From: Octopus vulgaris
Taxonomy: Eukaryota
Length of the DNA stretch: 64,000 nucleotides
Direction: 5' to 3'
Assembly: GCA_951406725.2 (NCBI GenBank)
Contig: OX597828.1
Coordinates: forward strand, 35,278,001-35,342,000
Under the pieces are notes generated by a model, which worked only from the letters and a program-made list of their open reading frames with translations, ran no database searches and was not told the DNA's origin. A program made the translations under genes and the position numbers. This document shows positions 14,909-28,160 of this stretch, piece by piece (position 1 is the first letter of the stretch; every line of letters starts with the position of its first letter).

Positions 14909-14932
14909 CAATGTATGCATGCATACATATAT

Positions 14933-15012
<80 letters not shown>

Positions 15013-15018
<6 letters not shown>

Positions 15019-15472
15019 TTGGTTTATGAATATTCAAATATAAATTAACAAAATGGAGATGTAGCATTAGTATAATTTATTCATTGCAAAAATCCAACAT
15101 ATTCTCTAACAGCTGTTTCAATTTTGCCCAAAGATTAAATTCCGATAATTAAATTATTGTTTTGGGCAAAATCTCATCAGAGGAGTAGAAAAGACACACT
15201 GTTAAGTTATTATGTGTTATGTTTCCCTTGAAATTGCTGACCTTTGGGTAAAAATCGAAACAGCTGTAAGAAAATATGTTGGATTTTTGCAGTTAATACA
15301 TTATAATAATACAATATCTCCATTTTCTGAATTTAATTTGAATTATTTATAAACCAAGATTTATATTTCGACCTATTATTTTAGAAATATTACTATTCAC
15401 ACAAAAAATAACAGGCAATAAACCAGTAAATTCATTGGATTTGTATCCCTTAATGAGGCTTATTTTAACCCC

Positions 15473-15480
<8 letters not shown>
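15013..15480. mobile_element. Penelope-like pLTR fold-back element
   Basis: Imperfect inverted arms at about 15013-15134 and 15242-15366 around a hammerhead; an unpaired tail ends at (TA)n. Confidence 0.7.
15103..15185 (-). ncRNA. Type I hammerhead ribozyme with long stem II
   Basis: CUCCU-CUGAUGA-GAUUUUGCCCAAA...UUUGGGCAAAAUU-GAAA-CAGCUG-UU-AGAG; the opposite arm (15242-15270) retains GAAACAGCUGUA. Confidence 0.82.
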
Positions 15481-15529
<49 letters not shown>

Positions 15530-16116
15530 TTAAGCATCTTCTTTTCTACGCTAGGCACAAGGCCCCAAATTTCTTTGGGAGGGGGCCAGTCTATTAGATC
15601 GGCCCCAGTACGCAACTGGTACTTAATTTATCGACCCCAAAAAGTTGAATGGCAAAGTCAACCTCAGCAGAATTTGAACTCAGAACGTAAAAGACAGACG
15701 AAATACTGCTAAACATTTCGCCCGGCGTGCTAATGCTTCTGCCAGCTTGCTGCCTTATAAGGATAAGCATATTAAAAGGGATACGTGGGAAAATTCATTT
15801 AAATAAAAGTGTTGGGACCCACTAGTGTGAAAAGGTTGGGAACCACTGAACTGGAGGGTGGATTTGACTACCATTTCAAATAGCTCCAGCAACCATGTAC
15901 AAGTTCTCATGTTTCTTCACGTGTTCTATGTGTGGATGTGTATGTGTGTGCATGTTTGTGCGTGTGTGTGTGCATGCGTATGTGTGTATGTGCATGAATT
16001 GTGTTATAAGCAAGCAATTTGTGTGTGTATGTGTGAGTGTGTCATTTGTGTCTGTGTTACCTATTGTATTATAGGTTTGTGTATGTATGAGTGATTTGTT
16101 TCAATTTCATAGGTGT

Positions 16117-16178
<62 letters not shown>

Positions 16179-16368
16179 GGCGTATGTTTGTGTAAAAGTG
16201 TGTATGTATATGTGTTGTTTCAATTATATGAGTGAGATGTGCTTTTGAGAAGGGACGCATATATGGCGTCTATGAACCTCTGCTGTTGGTTGTGTGTCTT
16301 AATATGTCATGCGATTCTGCGTCTGTGTACATGGGAGTGTGTGTGTATGTGTGCTGTAAGGTATGTTT

Positions 16369-16417
<49 letters not shown>

Positions 16418-16715
16418 AAGGTATGTTTGGGTGTGTGTGTGTGTGTTGTAAGGTATGTTTGGGTGTGTGTGTGTGTGTCTGTGTGTGTTCATTCATATGT
16501 CATCTCGTGATTGACGTATCTCTTCATCTAATTATTGCTACACAGTTTTTTAATTGCAAAAACAAATATTAAAATAATAAAAAAAATGAAGAAACAAAAG
16601 TTGATGAAGTTATATAAAAATTAATGCATTCATCTGTCTGGCACGACATTTTATGGCACACACACACACACACATACATTTATGCATATATACACATCAT
16701 ATATATATGTATATA

Positions 16716-17227
16716 TCTATATATATAAACTGTAGTTGTGTGAGTGTCTGTCCCCTTCGATTTAGATTCCTAACTACTCCCACATTTTGCGGTGCAGTTT
16801 AACCAAATTCGGGTATCTTATAGTCGTGATTCATATCGAGCCCGTCTGGCTATTAGCGTGCGTCTACGATGAGTCTACGATTTTAAAAATAATTTAACAT
16901 CATTTTTTATTCCATTTTAATGCATAATTTTTCGTGTGTCGATGGTGGCGGAGTTGGCGTCCATGGTCACACCTGCACCTGTTTGCTTCTCCCCCTTCTT
17001 CCCTCCCTCGTGAAGCTGTGGGGAAAGGAGTGTAAGGAAATCAACGTCGTAAAGCGTTGTCAAGGAGACCAGCGTTCTTTTAGAACAACGACTTCATGGC
17101 TTGAAGACACCAAAACAGAAATGGCTAAGAAAGCCCGAATTGGCATCTATAAGGGAAGTAACTCTCTAAAAATGCTTATATAGTTATTTCCCTTACAAAC
17201 CCGAGCAACGCCGGGCGATACTGCTAG
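16716..17227 (+). mobile_element. Non-autonomous Helitron (about 512 bp)
   Basis: 5' TC(TATATATATAAA) after an A, 3' hairpin CCCGaGCaacGCCGGG at 17200-17215, then terminal CTAG (17224-27) followed by T. No TSD; inserted in (TA)n. Confidence 0.85.
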
Positions 17228-17519
17228 TATATATATATATGTATATATATATTTATATATATCTATTTATATATATATATATATTTTTTATCTTTTATCT
17301 TTATCTTTTACTTCTTTCAGTCATTAGACTGCAGCCATGCTGGGGCACCACCATATATATATATAGGTGCAGGCATGGCAGTGTTACTAAAATGTTTTCT
17401 TTCCAACTATATGGTTTTGAGCTCAGGCCCTCTAAATGGCACCTTGGGTAAGCATCTGCTGTAGCCTTGAGCCAATCAGACCCAGGTTTGTGGACTTGGT
17501 AGCCACAAACTGAAATAAG

Positions 17520-17601
<82 letters not shown>

Positions 17602-17708
17602 AGACATACATTTGTCTATCTGAATGGAGTTAAACACACCCATGAAGTGTTGTAAATCTATATTGCTTCACATATTTCTTTTTTAAGTTGATTGTGTTTG
17701 GAATAACA

Positions 17709-17862
17709 ACGTCTGATGAGGTGAACAAACAATAATAATGATAATTTTATTTTATTTTATTGCACACGTTACATTCATTGTATATATTACACATCTATAT
17801 ATGTGGCATGGAATAAAAAGAAGAAAAAAACAGTAGTTTATTTACTGAAACGATTGTAACAT
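17709..17862 (+). ncRNA. Degenerate hammerhead with an insert of about 100 nt in loop II
   Basis: ACGU-CUGAUGA-GGUGAACAAAC...(long AT-rich insert)...GUUUAUUUACU-GAAA-CGAUUG-UA-ACAU. Confidence 0.65.
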
Positions 17863-18783
17863 CAATTTAAATTTCTTTTTTATTTCATTTTAATTTTCAT
17901 ACACACACACATACACACACACACATACACACACACACATGTACAACATTAATTTTCCAAAACCTTTATGGGTTACTGATTCTTTCAAACCAGGTTTCAA
18001 TCATCTCTAAATTAAATTAATGTTACTGATACAAGTTTATTGATATTGTAATATGCAAGGGACTGTGAAACAAGCTTTCTGGTAAACTAGTCCGGAAACT
18101 GGTGGAATTTGAAATTCCTTCTCATAAATTAGTGGGGATTCTAAGATGTTGTGTGCAGGTGTGGCTGTGTGGTGAGAAGCTTGCTTCTAAACCACGTGAT
18201 TCTGGGTTCAGTCCCACTGCATGGTACCTTGAGCAAGTGTTTTCTACTATAGTCTTGAGCCAACCAAAGACTCGTGAGTGGATTTGGTAGACAGAAACTG
18301 AAAAAAGCTTGTTGTGTATATATATATATATATATAATAAACCTTTACATAAATAAATAACGTGAAATACACGAAGGGACGAACAAAAAAACAAACGGGT
18401 CATTCAAAGCCTTCATTCTTCAGTCAGAAACTGATCCCCCATCGCAGATTTCGGCTGTTTAATTCTGAGATCCGCTCTGAATCAGCCAGCCACAGAAGGA
18501 AAGAATGAAACGCAACAGAGACGAACATGAAACGAAAAATCTTTTTTGGGGACAGTAACGGTTAAAATCATGGATGACACAGGCGCCCTACGGCTTTGAG
18601 ACAAACAGAGAGACACAAAAACAATATCAACAGCGTGGAAAAATAAGTACCTTTTCGGTGATAAGACATGTTGAACAAGCGGCCGATGGAAACGAGGCAG
18701 CAAGTTGCAAGAGGATTAGAGAGAGAGGGGACAGTGACCGAGAGAGAGAGGGGACAGTGACCGAGATATATAAGGGGATAGTG

Positions 18784-18823
<40 letters not shown>

Positions 18824-19564
18824 CAGTTTATCTAGGTGTAAATGCACCTAAGGGATATTAAATATCCGAAGAATTTACTGGTTTATATTACTTGTATCAA
18901 TAACAGTGGTTAGGGCAGCGGACTCGCAGTTGCAGAACTGCAGTTTCGATTCCCAGACCAGGCATTGTAAGTGTTTATTGATCAAAAACACCTAAAGCTC
19001 CACAAGGCCCTGGCAGTGAGTGGTGGTGAACCCTGCTGTACTCTTTCACCACAACTTTCTCTCACTCTTTCTTCCTGTTTCTGTTGTACTTGTATTTCAA
19101 AGGGCCAGCCTTGCCACATTCTGTGTCACGCTGAATCTCCCCGAGAACTACATTAAGGGTACACGTGTCTATGGAGTGCTCAGCCACTTGCATGTTAATA
19201 AATGAGCTGTGACGTCACTGGTGCCAAGGTGTATCGGCTGTTGCCTTTCCCTTGGCTAACATCGGCGGCATAGGGAGGGGAGGCTGGTATGCATGGGCGA
19301 CTGCTGATCTTCCATAAACAACCTTGCCGAGACTTGTGCCTCGGAGGGTAACTTTCTAGGTGCAATCCCATGGTCATTCATGATCGAAGGGGGTCACACA
19401 CACAATCAATAACCAAGTTACTTCTATAGGTAAATAAAATAAACATACACTTTATTGATATATAAATATAAATCAGAAATGGAAAAACAAAACAAAACAA
19501 TAAATTAAACAATTATATATTCAATTCAATTTAAATATTTTATACAAACAAATGACACATCTCT

Positions 19565-19656
19565 TAAATTACAGCTGTTTCCGCTTCATACATAAACCAA
19601 GTTTTTCAAGAATAATTGAATCCGTTTGAATATGTAATGATGCTTCATCAGATTAA
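19565..19656 (-). ncRNA. Type I hammerhead ribozyme with extended stem II
   Basis: UUAAU-CUGAUGA-A-GCAUCAUUACAUA..AAAC...GUUUAUGUAUGAAGC-G-GAAA-CAGCUG-UA-AUUUA. Confidence 0.78.
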
Positions 19657-19711
19657 CATACCTTCTGAACTATTTGACAAAAATATCAATATATACATAT
19701 ATATATATATA

Positions 19712-20120
19712 GTATAGAAATTCGGGGTGAGTACTTGATAATTATAAGCACCTGTGTATACCGTTTGGTGGTGTAGGTGGTGGAGTAAATTGATCAAAAT
19801 AAAAACATGATGCCAAGGATTCAGCGGTACATATGTTTCGGGCCTTTATTAGACAGATTTATAACAATGCATAATGTATGCCTGTGGCCTTCTTCATTGA
19901 GAGAAGAAAGAGATGGACGCTTCAATTCTATGCTGTTGCCGCATTATGTCGTACGCGAATGAGAGGATTTGCATCCCCAACCAAGAATTTTTGATGTAAG
20001 CTGTTGTGCGCGGCTGAAGAAGGCCACAGACATACATTATGCATTGTTATAAATCTGTCTAATAAAGGCCCGAAACATATGTACCGCTGAATCCTTGGCA
20101 TCATGTTTTTATTTTGATCA

Positions 20121-20125
<5 letters not shown>
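19712..20125. mobile_element. Penelope-like pLTR fold-back element (recent)
   Basis: Nearly perfect inverted arms of about 110 bp (19786-19896 / 20015-20125) containing the hammerhead; flanked by (TA)n on both sides. Confidence 0.8.
20010..20087 (+). ncRNA. Type I hammerhead ribozyme (intact core)
   Basis: GCGG-CUGAAGA-A-GGCC(ACAGA...UCUGU)GGCC-C-GAAA-CAUAUG-UA-CCGC; predicted cut after 20083. Confidence 0.9.
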
Positions 20126-20188
<63 letters not shown>

Positions 20189-20489
20189 GTATGTATAGTG
20201 TGTCTTTGTGTTTGTTTGTCCCCCTCCACTGCTAGACAACCAATCTTGGTGTGCCTATTTCCCTGTGTTGTGTTCTTGAGCAAGACACTTTATTTCACAT
20301 TGCTCCAGTCTGGGTTGTTTGTTGTTTGATAGATTGAGTGTTATTATCTCTGTTGAAAACATCTAGAGGTTAATATAAATGGGAAGGGTATCAACCATAC
20401 ATTCGTCTTATTTATGCGAGGATGGCAAAAGAGACTTTCTGTCCATGTCAGCAGAGAATGGAAAGCAGGGGTAAAATGACGATGACATA

Positions 20490-20890
20490 GAGGAAGGAAG
20501 GAAACAAAGCAAAGGAAAAATAATGGGGGGAAACAAAGAAAGAAAGGGAAAAAGCAAGAAAGTGAGAAATGGAGGAAGGAAGGAATGAAGAAAAAGAAAG
20601 AAAGAAATGGAATAAGAAGACAAGAAGAGGAGAGAGAAGGAATGTGAGGAAAGAAAGACATATATATATATGGTCACCTTGCAACAACTTGGAAAGGTTC
20701 CTAAAGATGGAAAGGAAGAAAGGAAAGAAAGAAAGAAAGAAATGGAGGAAGAAGACAAGACGAGGCTAGAGAAGGAATGAAAGGAAAGAAATAAAGAGGA
20801 AAGAAGAAAGAAAGAAAGAAATGGAGGAAGAAGACAAGACGAGGAAGGAGAAAGAATGGAAGGAAGGAAGGAAAGAAAGAAAGAAAGAAA

Positions 20891-20935
<45 letters not shown>

Positions 20936-21605
20936 GGAAAGAAGAAAGAAAGAAAGAAATGGAGGAAGAAGACAAGATGAGGAAGGAGAAAGAATGGAAG
21001 GAAGGAAAGAAAGAAAGAAGACATGATGAAGAAGGTGAAGGAACGGAAGGAAGGAAGGAAAGAAAGAAGGAAGAAAGAATAAAAGAAGGAAAGAAGGAAG
21101 GAAAATGAATTGATGCATAGAGAATAAGCAGATGTAGATAAACTTTGATAAACTTAAACTGCAGAATCTCTTCTCAGTTTATGGGTTTGAGTTATTTTGG
21201 CAGAAATATTTAGAGAGAGAGCAATTATGGATGTGCCTTTGAGCATGTGTGTGTGTATGTATGTATGTACATGTGTGTGTGTGTGTGTGTATGTATGTAT
21301 GCATGTATGTATATCATGTATATACGTATGTGTGTATGTATGTGTATGTATGTATGTGTGTGTATGTATGTGTGTATGTATGTGTGTATGTATGTGTATG
21401 TATGCATGTGTGTGTATGTATATCTATGTATGTGTGTATATGTGTGTATGTATGTGTGTGTATGAATGTGTGTATGTGTATGTATGTATGTGTGTATATG
21501 TATGTGTGCTTATGTATGTATGCATGTGTATATAACTATGTATGCATATGTCTGTGTGTATGTACATATGTGTGTGTGTATGTACATGTAAGTGTACGTG
21601 TATGT
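20490..21605. repeat. Purine-rich (GAAA/GGAA)n with internal duplications, followed by (TATG/TG)n
   Basis: Direct reading. Confidence 0.95.
20675..20712 (+). mobile_element. Short orphan mariner transposase fragment
   Basis: caccttgcaacaacttggaaaggttcctaaa matches 22107-22136 of the mariner and is embedded in a (GAAA)-rich repeat. Confidence 0.6.
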
Positions 21606-21622
21606 AGATATATATCCATATA

Positions 21623-22886
21623 TCAGGTCATCCCATAAGTACTGTCCGATTTTGCTTTTTTTTAAATTGAATGAAATTTATTAATATTTTAGAATGTCTA
21701 GTGGAATTAGAAATTATTTTTATGCATTAGTGTACATTTAAACTAATTAAATATTATTTTACAGAATTAAAATTTCTTTGATTAAAACCCTTTCTAACAT
21801 GGAAGTATCCAAAGAGCATTTGAGGCGCATAATGCTTTATGAGTACAAAAAAGGAAGATTTTCCAGCTGAAGCGACTCGAAACATACACTCAGTTTATGG
21901 GAAAGAATGCTTGAATGAAAGAACATTGCAGAAGATGGTTTGCAAAATTCAGAAGTGAAGATTTCAGACTTGAAGTTGAAGATCGAACAGGACATCCAGT
22001 TGGATTTTCTGATAAGATCCTTGAGGTATTACTTGAAGAAAATCCTACATTATCAGTTGAAGAATTGGCAATAAAGCTTAGTTCAAACTATACAACTGTT
22101 CATCATCATCTGCAGCAACTTGGAAAGGTTCCTAAACTTGGAAAATAGGTGCCTCATGAATTGTCCAAAAGCAACCGCAAATCCCAAGTTGACATCTGCT
22201 CTTCCCTCCATTCTCACAAACTCAGTTCACCCTTTTTGGGTAGACTTGTGACTGGTGGTGAAAAATAGATCTTCTATCGAAATGTTAAATGTTGTAAACA
22301 GTGGCTTGGTAAAAGGGAAAAAGCTCAACCACAACCGAGGAGGGAACTTCATGAGGAAAAGGTTCTTCTCTCTATCTGGTGGGATTGCAAAGGAGTAATT
22401 GTTACCACCTAATGCAACAATCAATGCTCAAGTCTACTGTCAGCAATTAGAGTGTTTGGACCAAGCTTTGAAGAACAGAAGACCCGCTTTAGTGAATCGA
22501 AAAGGAGTGATGTTTCATCAGGACAATGCGCGACCTCACACTGTAAAGATCACATCACAGAAGATCAAAGAGCTTAATTGGGAAAAAATTTCTCATCCAT
22601 CTTATTCTCCCAACATTCAGACTTCCATTTGTTTCATAGTTTACAGAATTATTTGGGGGAAATAACTTTCACAAGCCAAGAGGAGGCTGAAACTGACATT
22701 TCAGAGTTCTTCGCTTTGAAACCAAAAGAGTTTTACATTCACAGGATTAAAAAGCTTGTAAATAGATGTAAGTAAATCATAGTAAATCAGGGAAAGTACA
22801 TTGATGATTAAATTTCAATTAAATATAACATTTGATCACTTGTTTTCTTTATTCAAAATTTGGACAGAATTTATGGGATGACTTGA
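21623..22886 (+). mobile_element. Full-length (1264 bp) mariner DNA transposon, inactive
   Basis: TIRs tcaggtcatcccataagtactgtccgattttg and caaaatttggacagaatttatgggatgacttga, with flanking TA dinucleotides at 21621-22 and 22887-88 and an internal transposase remnant. Confidence 0.95.
21799..22811 (+). pseudogene. Mariner DD34D transposase pseudogene
   Basis: MEVSKEHLRRIMLYEYKKG... start, HTH region RWFAKFRSEDF, WVPHEL motif with W->stop, first catalytic D lost (VTGGEK*), HQDNARPH, and HPSYSP..SDFHLF, with several stops and frameshifts. Confidence 0.93.
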
Positions 22887-23390
22887 TAATACAAGCCATT
22901 TATTCCACAACTTTATATGTCAATATTTCTCTATAAAATTTAGATATTTGTTTATTATTCCATCATATTTTTTCCCATAATTATTTGGTTCTACTTCTGA
23001 TTAGAACAACAACAAAAACAATAAAGAACAAATAGGTTTACATTTTTGTTGCAAACCTTGTCATGAATCTCAAATCCAGTTTTTGAATTATATTTCTGGA
23101 TGGAAAACGGACGTTAAATGATGATGATGGTGGTGTCGGTAGTGATGGTAGTGGTGGTGGTGATGACAAGCTTCATTGTTTTTCTAATGAATCTCAAATT
23201 TGCTTTATTCATGAAAATATAAAGTTACTGACTGTATTCTTTAAGTTGCATTTTTGTTTTATAAATATTTTTCTCTACCAGAATAAAAAAATAACAACCA
23301 GTTTTACATACATGTGCATATATGTATGTATTTTTGTGTGTATATACATTTATACACACACACACACATACAAACATACGTGTGTATGTG

Positions 23391-23465
<75 letters not shown>

Positions 23466-23805
23466 TTGCCAGCATTGCCTTACTGGTACATGTGCCGGTG
23501 GCACGTGAAAACAACATTCAAGCGTGGTTGTTGCCAGTGCCACCAGAGTGACTCCTGTGAAGGTGGCACAAAAAGCACTTTTGAGCATGGTTTTTCCCAG
23601 TACCGCCTGACTGGCTCTCGTGCCAGTGGCACATAAAAAGCACCCACTACACTCTCGGAGTAGTTGGCATTAGGAAGGGCATCCAGCTGTAGAAACTTTG
23701 CCTGATCAGATTCGAGCCTCATGTAGCCTTCTGGCGTGCCAGTCCTCAGTCAAACCGTCCAGCCCATGCTAGCATGGAAAGCAGAGATTAAACAATGGTG
23801 ACGAC

Positions 23806-23837
<32 letters not shown>

Positions 23838-23876
23838 ATATACACACTCATGCATTTGCACATATACAAACTTTCA

Positions 23877-23915
<39 letters not shown>

Positions 23916-24109
23916 ACACACACACACACATATATATACAAACATGATGACATGTGTGTGTTTATATATTTAATTGTATATATTTATCATTACTTTTCAT
24001 AAAAAAGCCTTTATTTTTTTTATATCCAATGTGCATTTTCGCTTTTTTCTTCTTATTTTCCCCATATCTTTTCCTAATGTAGTTTCTACTTTCTATTTGA
24101 AACATATTT

Positions 24110-24170
<61 letters not shown>

Positions 24171-27100
24171 TATACATATATATATATATACATATATATA
24201 TATATGTATATATATATATGCATATACATAAAGTATACCTCTAATACATTAACCAGTTACATTAATTCCATTGCAATAAACTACTTTATCTCCCTATTAA
24301 ACCATGGATGCAATTCTATTTTGAGATGGTTTGCTTACATAACATATTAGATTTCTATACATTCACTCTAAAATATTGTTAAATAGCAATTTTTCTCTGT
24401 AAATATTAATACCAAACCAAATGAAAAGTATAAATTGAGGCAAATCCCTGCAGTAACAGTTTATCTGATATCCATACATCCATGACTCTACCCTAGCCAC
24501 ACTTTTCTTAATATCCTACTTTTTACCCTCTGTGTATGGCCAGTCATCACCTCCTCTCCCCTGAGCCACCTCTGTTTCTTATTACCTTCTCCCATCAACT
24601 CATATTTAGTCGACCACACCTCCACCCTTGTTCACCATTCACCACATTTATTTCTAACCTCTCCACCCAGCTCTAACCATCTTTCATTCTCCTCTCACAC
24701 ACTCACAAATTTTACCCACCCACCCTTCCTAATTTTTCGCCTCCCCTCTCTCTTCTCATCCTCTTCTTGTATCTTACGTATATGCTCTGACACCTTGTCA
24801 CCACCATCTTTATCTAACTTTCTGCTCCACTCCATTTATGGCCACCCACCTTTATATAATGCAGGGTACCCGTGTATCTCCTCTAAAGCAAAAAACCAGT
24901 TTCTAACCCTTCTATTATAATGCACCCTTTCAACACGTAACATGATACTACCTCCCTCTCTACAATACTACCATTCTTTTAGTCTTGCCAGTGCCATGAA
25001 AAAATGTTTCTGATGTGTGACACTCAATAAAGTGGTCGGCATTAGGGAAGGCATCCAACCAAAGAACACATGCCAAAGCAGGCACTGGAGCTCAATGCCG
25101 TTCTCTGAGTTAGATCCTGCTGACCTGTCCAACCCATGCCAGCGTGGAACATAGGCATACTTTATGGTCATACCCCTATGCTTAGTACAATTACTATTAC
25201 GTCCCACTGTTAGATATGGTCAGTGGAATGCTGAAGGTGGTGATGGTCTTGGTCAGTATAAATGACATCAGGTGTAAAAAAATAGTATAATATTGTGTCT
25301 GTGTGTTTGTCCCCCACTATCACTTGACAACTGGTGTTGGTGTTGGTGAGCCTGTCATATATATGTATATATATATGTATGTGTGTGTGTGTTTGTGTGT
25401 CTGTGTTTGTCCCCCTAGCATTGCTTGACAACCGATGCTTGTGTGTTTACGTCCCCGTCACTTAGCGGTTTGGCAAAAGAGACCGATAGAATAAGTACTG
25501 GGCTTACAAAGAATAAGTCCTGGGGTCGATTTGCTCGACTAAAGGTGGTGCTCCAGCATGGCCACAGTCAAATGACTGAAACAAGTTAAAGAGTAAAAGA
25601 GAGAGTAATAAAGGGTTCTGCATCTCTGCCCACAGATAGAGAGCTAGGTGTTTCATAATTGTTCCAATCCCAATCAGGGATTGAAACTGCAAATGTAGCT
25701 TCATTATTGGAGTAAGTTATTGCTTTTCCTGGCCAATGCCAGTACCATCTGACTGGCTCTTGTGCCAATGGCATGTAAAAATCACCCACTACACTCTCGA
25801 AGTGGTTGGCATTAGGAAGGGCATCCAGCAGCAGAAACATTGCCAGATCAGATTGGAACCTGGTGTGACCTCCTGGCTTGCCAGTCCTCAGTCAAACCGT
25901 CCAACCCATGCCAGCATGGAAAACAGACGTTAAACGAAGATGATGATGATGATGATGATGATGAACTCGTGCCAAAATAACAACCATGTTTTTAGAGGTT
26001 TCTGTTTAGAAAAACATATTAATATTAATACTCAATTATGTGTTAAGTTCTTATCAAAGAGAACTTGTAAAAGCTTTATTAATATCACCTCTTTTCTGTT
26101 TTTTTTTCATCTTTGCCTTTAACATTTACGTAATAGGAATAATTATAGATTACAATCTAATTGACCCTTTGAAATACTCTCCCTACTAAAATGTCTTTCA
26201 TAAAATAAAGTCAGTTAGGGACCTTTCATATTTTATGGTCTCAGTCCAAGAAAAAAAATTTTTAAAAGAAAGATGATCTAGGTCCCTCGACATCAGATAT
26301 AACTTCAAAACAATCTCAAACAAACACAAAACTTTACTTATTGACATTTAAGGTCAGTGTAATAGGATTTCTGGCTTTGACACATTGCTAAGAGAAGGGC
26401 TTAGGCAGTTGAATCGATTCCAGTATAGGACTGGTACTTATATATTAATTCTAGGAAAGATGAAAGGAAAATTTGAACATTGACCTCGGTGGTTTGAAGG
26501 CAGAACTTGCGGGAGACGAAGCAAAGTGCTGTTTGACATTTTATCCAGTTCTTTCCCATTTTCTGTCACTCTACTTCCTGGTGTCATATGAACCATATTT
26601 TTATGTTATTGAGGACTTCCACCACACCAGAATATGTTTTATTGTTGTTGTTGTTCTTCTTCTTGTCCTTGTTGTTGTTATTGTTGATGTCGATGCTGGT
26701 AGTCACTGCTAGTTCTGTAAAAGAAAAAATATGAAAAATGTAATTTACTCAATGGTAGATCGTTTGATCTGGTACTATTTTATCTCTCTATGTTTATTTC
26801 TCTATAGTTGAAGGCATGGTTGCGTGGTTAAGTACATTTCTTCACAACCCCTTGGTTTTAGGTTCAATCCCACTCCATGGCACCACAGGCAGGTGTCTTC
26901 TTCTATTGCCTCAGGTCGACTAAAGCCTTGTGAGTGAAGCTCGTCAATAGAAACAGGAAGAAAAGCCATCATATATATATGTGTATGCTTTGTGTCTACT
27001 TGTCTTGGTATTGTATGATAGTTGTAAGTGAGTGTCACTGTAATACAAGCAGTGTAATTCCTTTCCAATACTCTTTGGTAACATATCTACACACAGGGAA

Positions 27101-27820
27101 ACACAGTATTGTTTGGAAGCAAGTAAAGGTTGGTAACAAGAAGGGCACCTTGCTGTGGAAAATATAAACTCTATCTGATCCCAGCATGGAAAAGGGCAGG
27201 TTAAAGCAATGATGATGAATATCTTCTTCTTCTTCTTCTCTTCTTCTTCTTCTTCTTCTTCTTCTTCTTCTTCTTCTTCTTCTTCTTCTTCTTCTGATGA
27301 TGATGATCCTCCTCCTCCTCCTCCTCCTCCTTCTTCTTCTTCTTCTGATGATGATGATGATGATGAATGTCTTCTGAGTTCAAGCCGTACCAAAGTTGAC
27401 TTTCTCCATTGCATCCAGCTTGACCAAGAATATGCTAGATATAGCACCCACAATTCTGCCAAGTCTCACACAAAAAGAAAAAAAAGAAAAATAGTGATTG
27501 ATCTTATGCCCAGGTAAAGAAAAAAAAAACAACAAAATGAATTCAAGCCGCAAGTTTGGTGAAAACAGAAGAGTTCTAATCCCAAATATCTCATATCCTG
27601 GGGTTCAGATTGCAACAGGGTTTCTGTTTGCCTTTAACTTGATCCTCAATCAATCAGTGTGGATCCCAATTTCTTCAGTGATATGTGCAGACTTGAGCAA
27701 GATGTTTTGGTTCTGTGGAAGTCTGTAGTTGCCTGTCAATGCATATTTCCTCTCTTCATGTTTCTAATGCTGTTCATGTTGTCCAAGAAAAAGCCCAATC
27801 AATGCAGCCTGACACCAGGT

Positions 27821-28160
27821 TCATCATCATCATCATCATCATCATCGTTTAATGTTCGTTTTCCATGCTAGCACGGGTTGGATGGTTCGACCGGGGTCTG
27901 GGAAGCCAGGGGCAGCACCAGGCTCCAGTCTGATCTGGCAGTGTTTCTACGGCTGGATGCCCTTCCTAACGCCAACCACTCCGCGAGTGTAGTGGGTGCT
28001 TTTTACGTGCCACCTGCACAGATGCCAGGTGGGGTCTGGCATCGGCCACGATCGGTTGGTGCTTTTAACGTGCCACCGGCACGGAAGCCAGCCAAGGCGG
28101 CGCTGGCATCGGCCACGTTCGGATGGTGCTTTTTATGTGCCACCAGCACAGAAGCCAGTC
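27821..28160 (-). mobile_element. SINE family C with (GAT)n tail (RTE-like 3' end)
   Basis: Shared unit aaaagcacccactacactc..gagtggttggcgttaggaagggcatccagc...catggaaa.cggacgttaaa(gat)n. Other copies at about 23470-23800, 24980-25155, 25725-25962, 41750-41935, 42440-42630, 43740-43935, 45658-45840, 46533-46650 and 56307-56523. Confidence 0.85.

Larger units (their letters stand above)
14567..15848. mobile_element. hAT/Charlie-type MITE interrupted by nested SINEs, microsatellites and a hammerhead fold-back element
   Basis: Ends ctgtggttctcaacct / aggttgggaaccactg; flanks aattgaag / aactggag match 6 of 8 (degenerate TSD). Confidence 0.7.
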
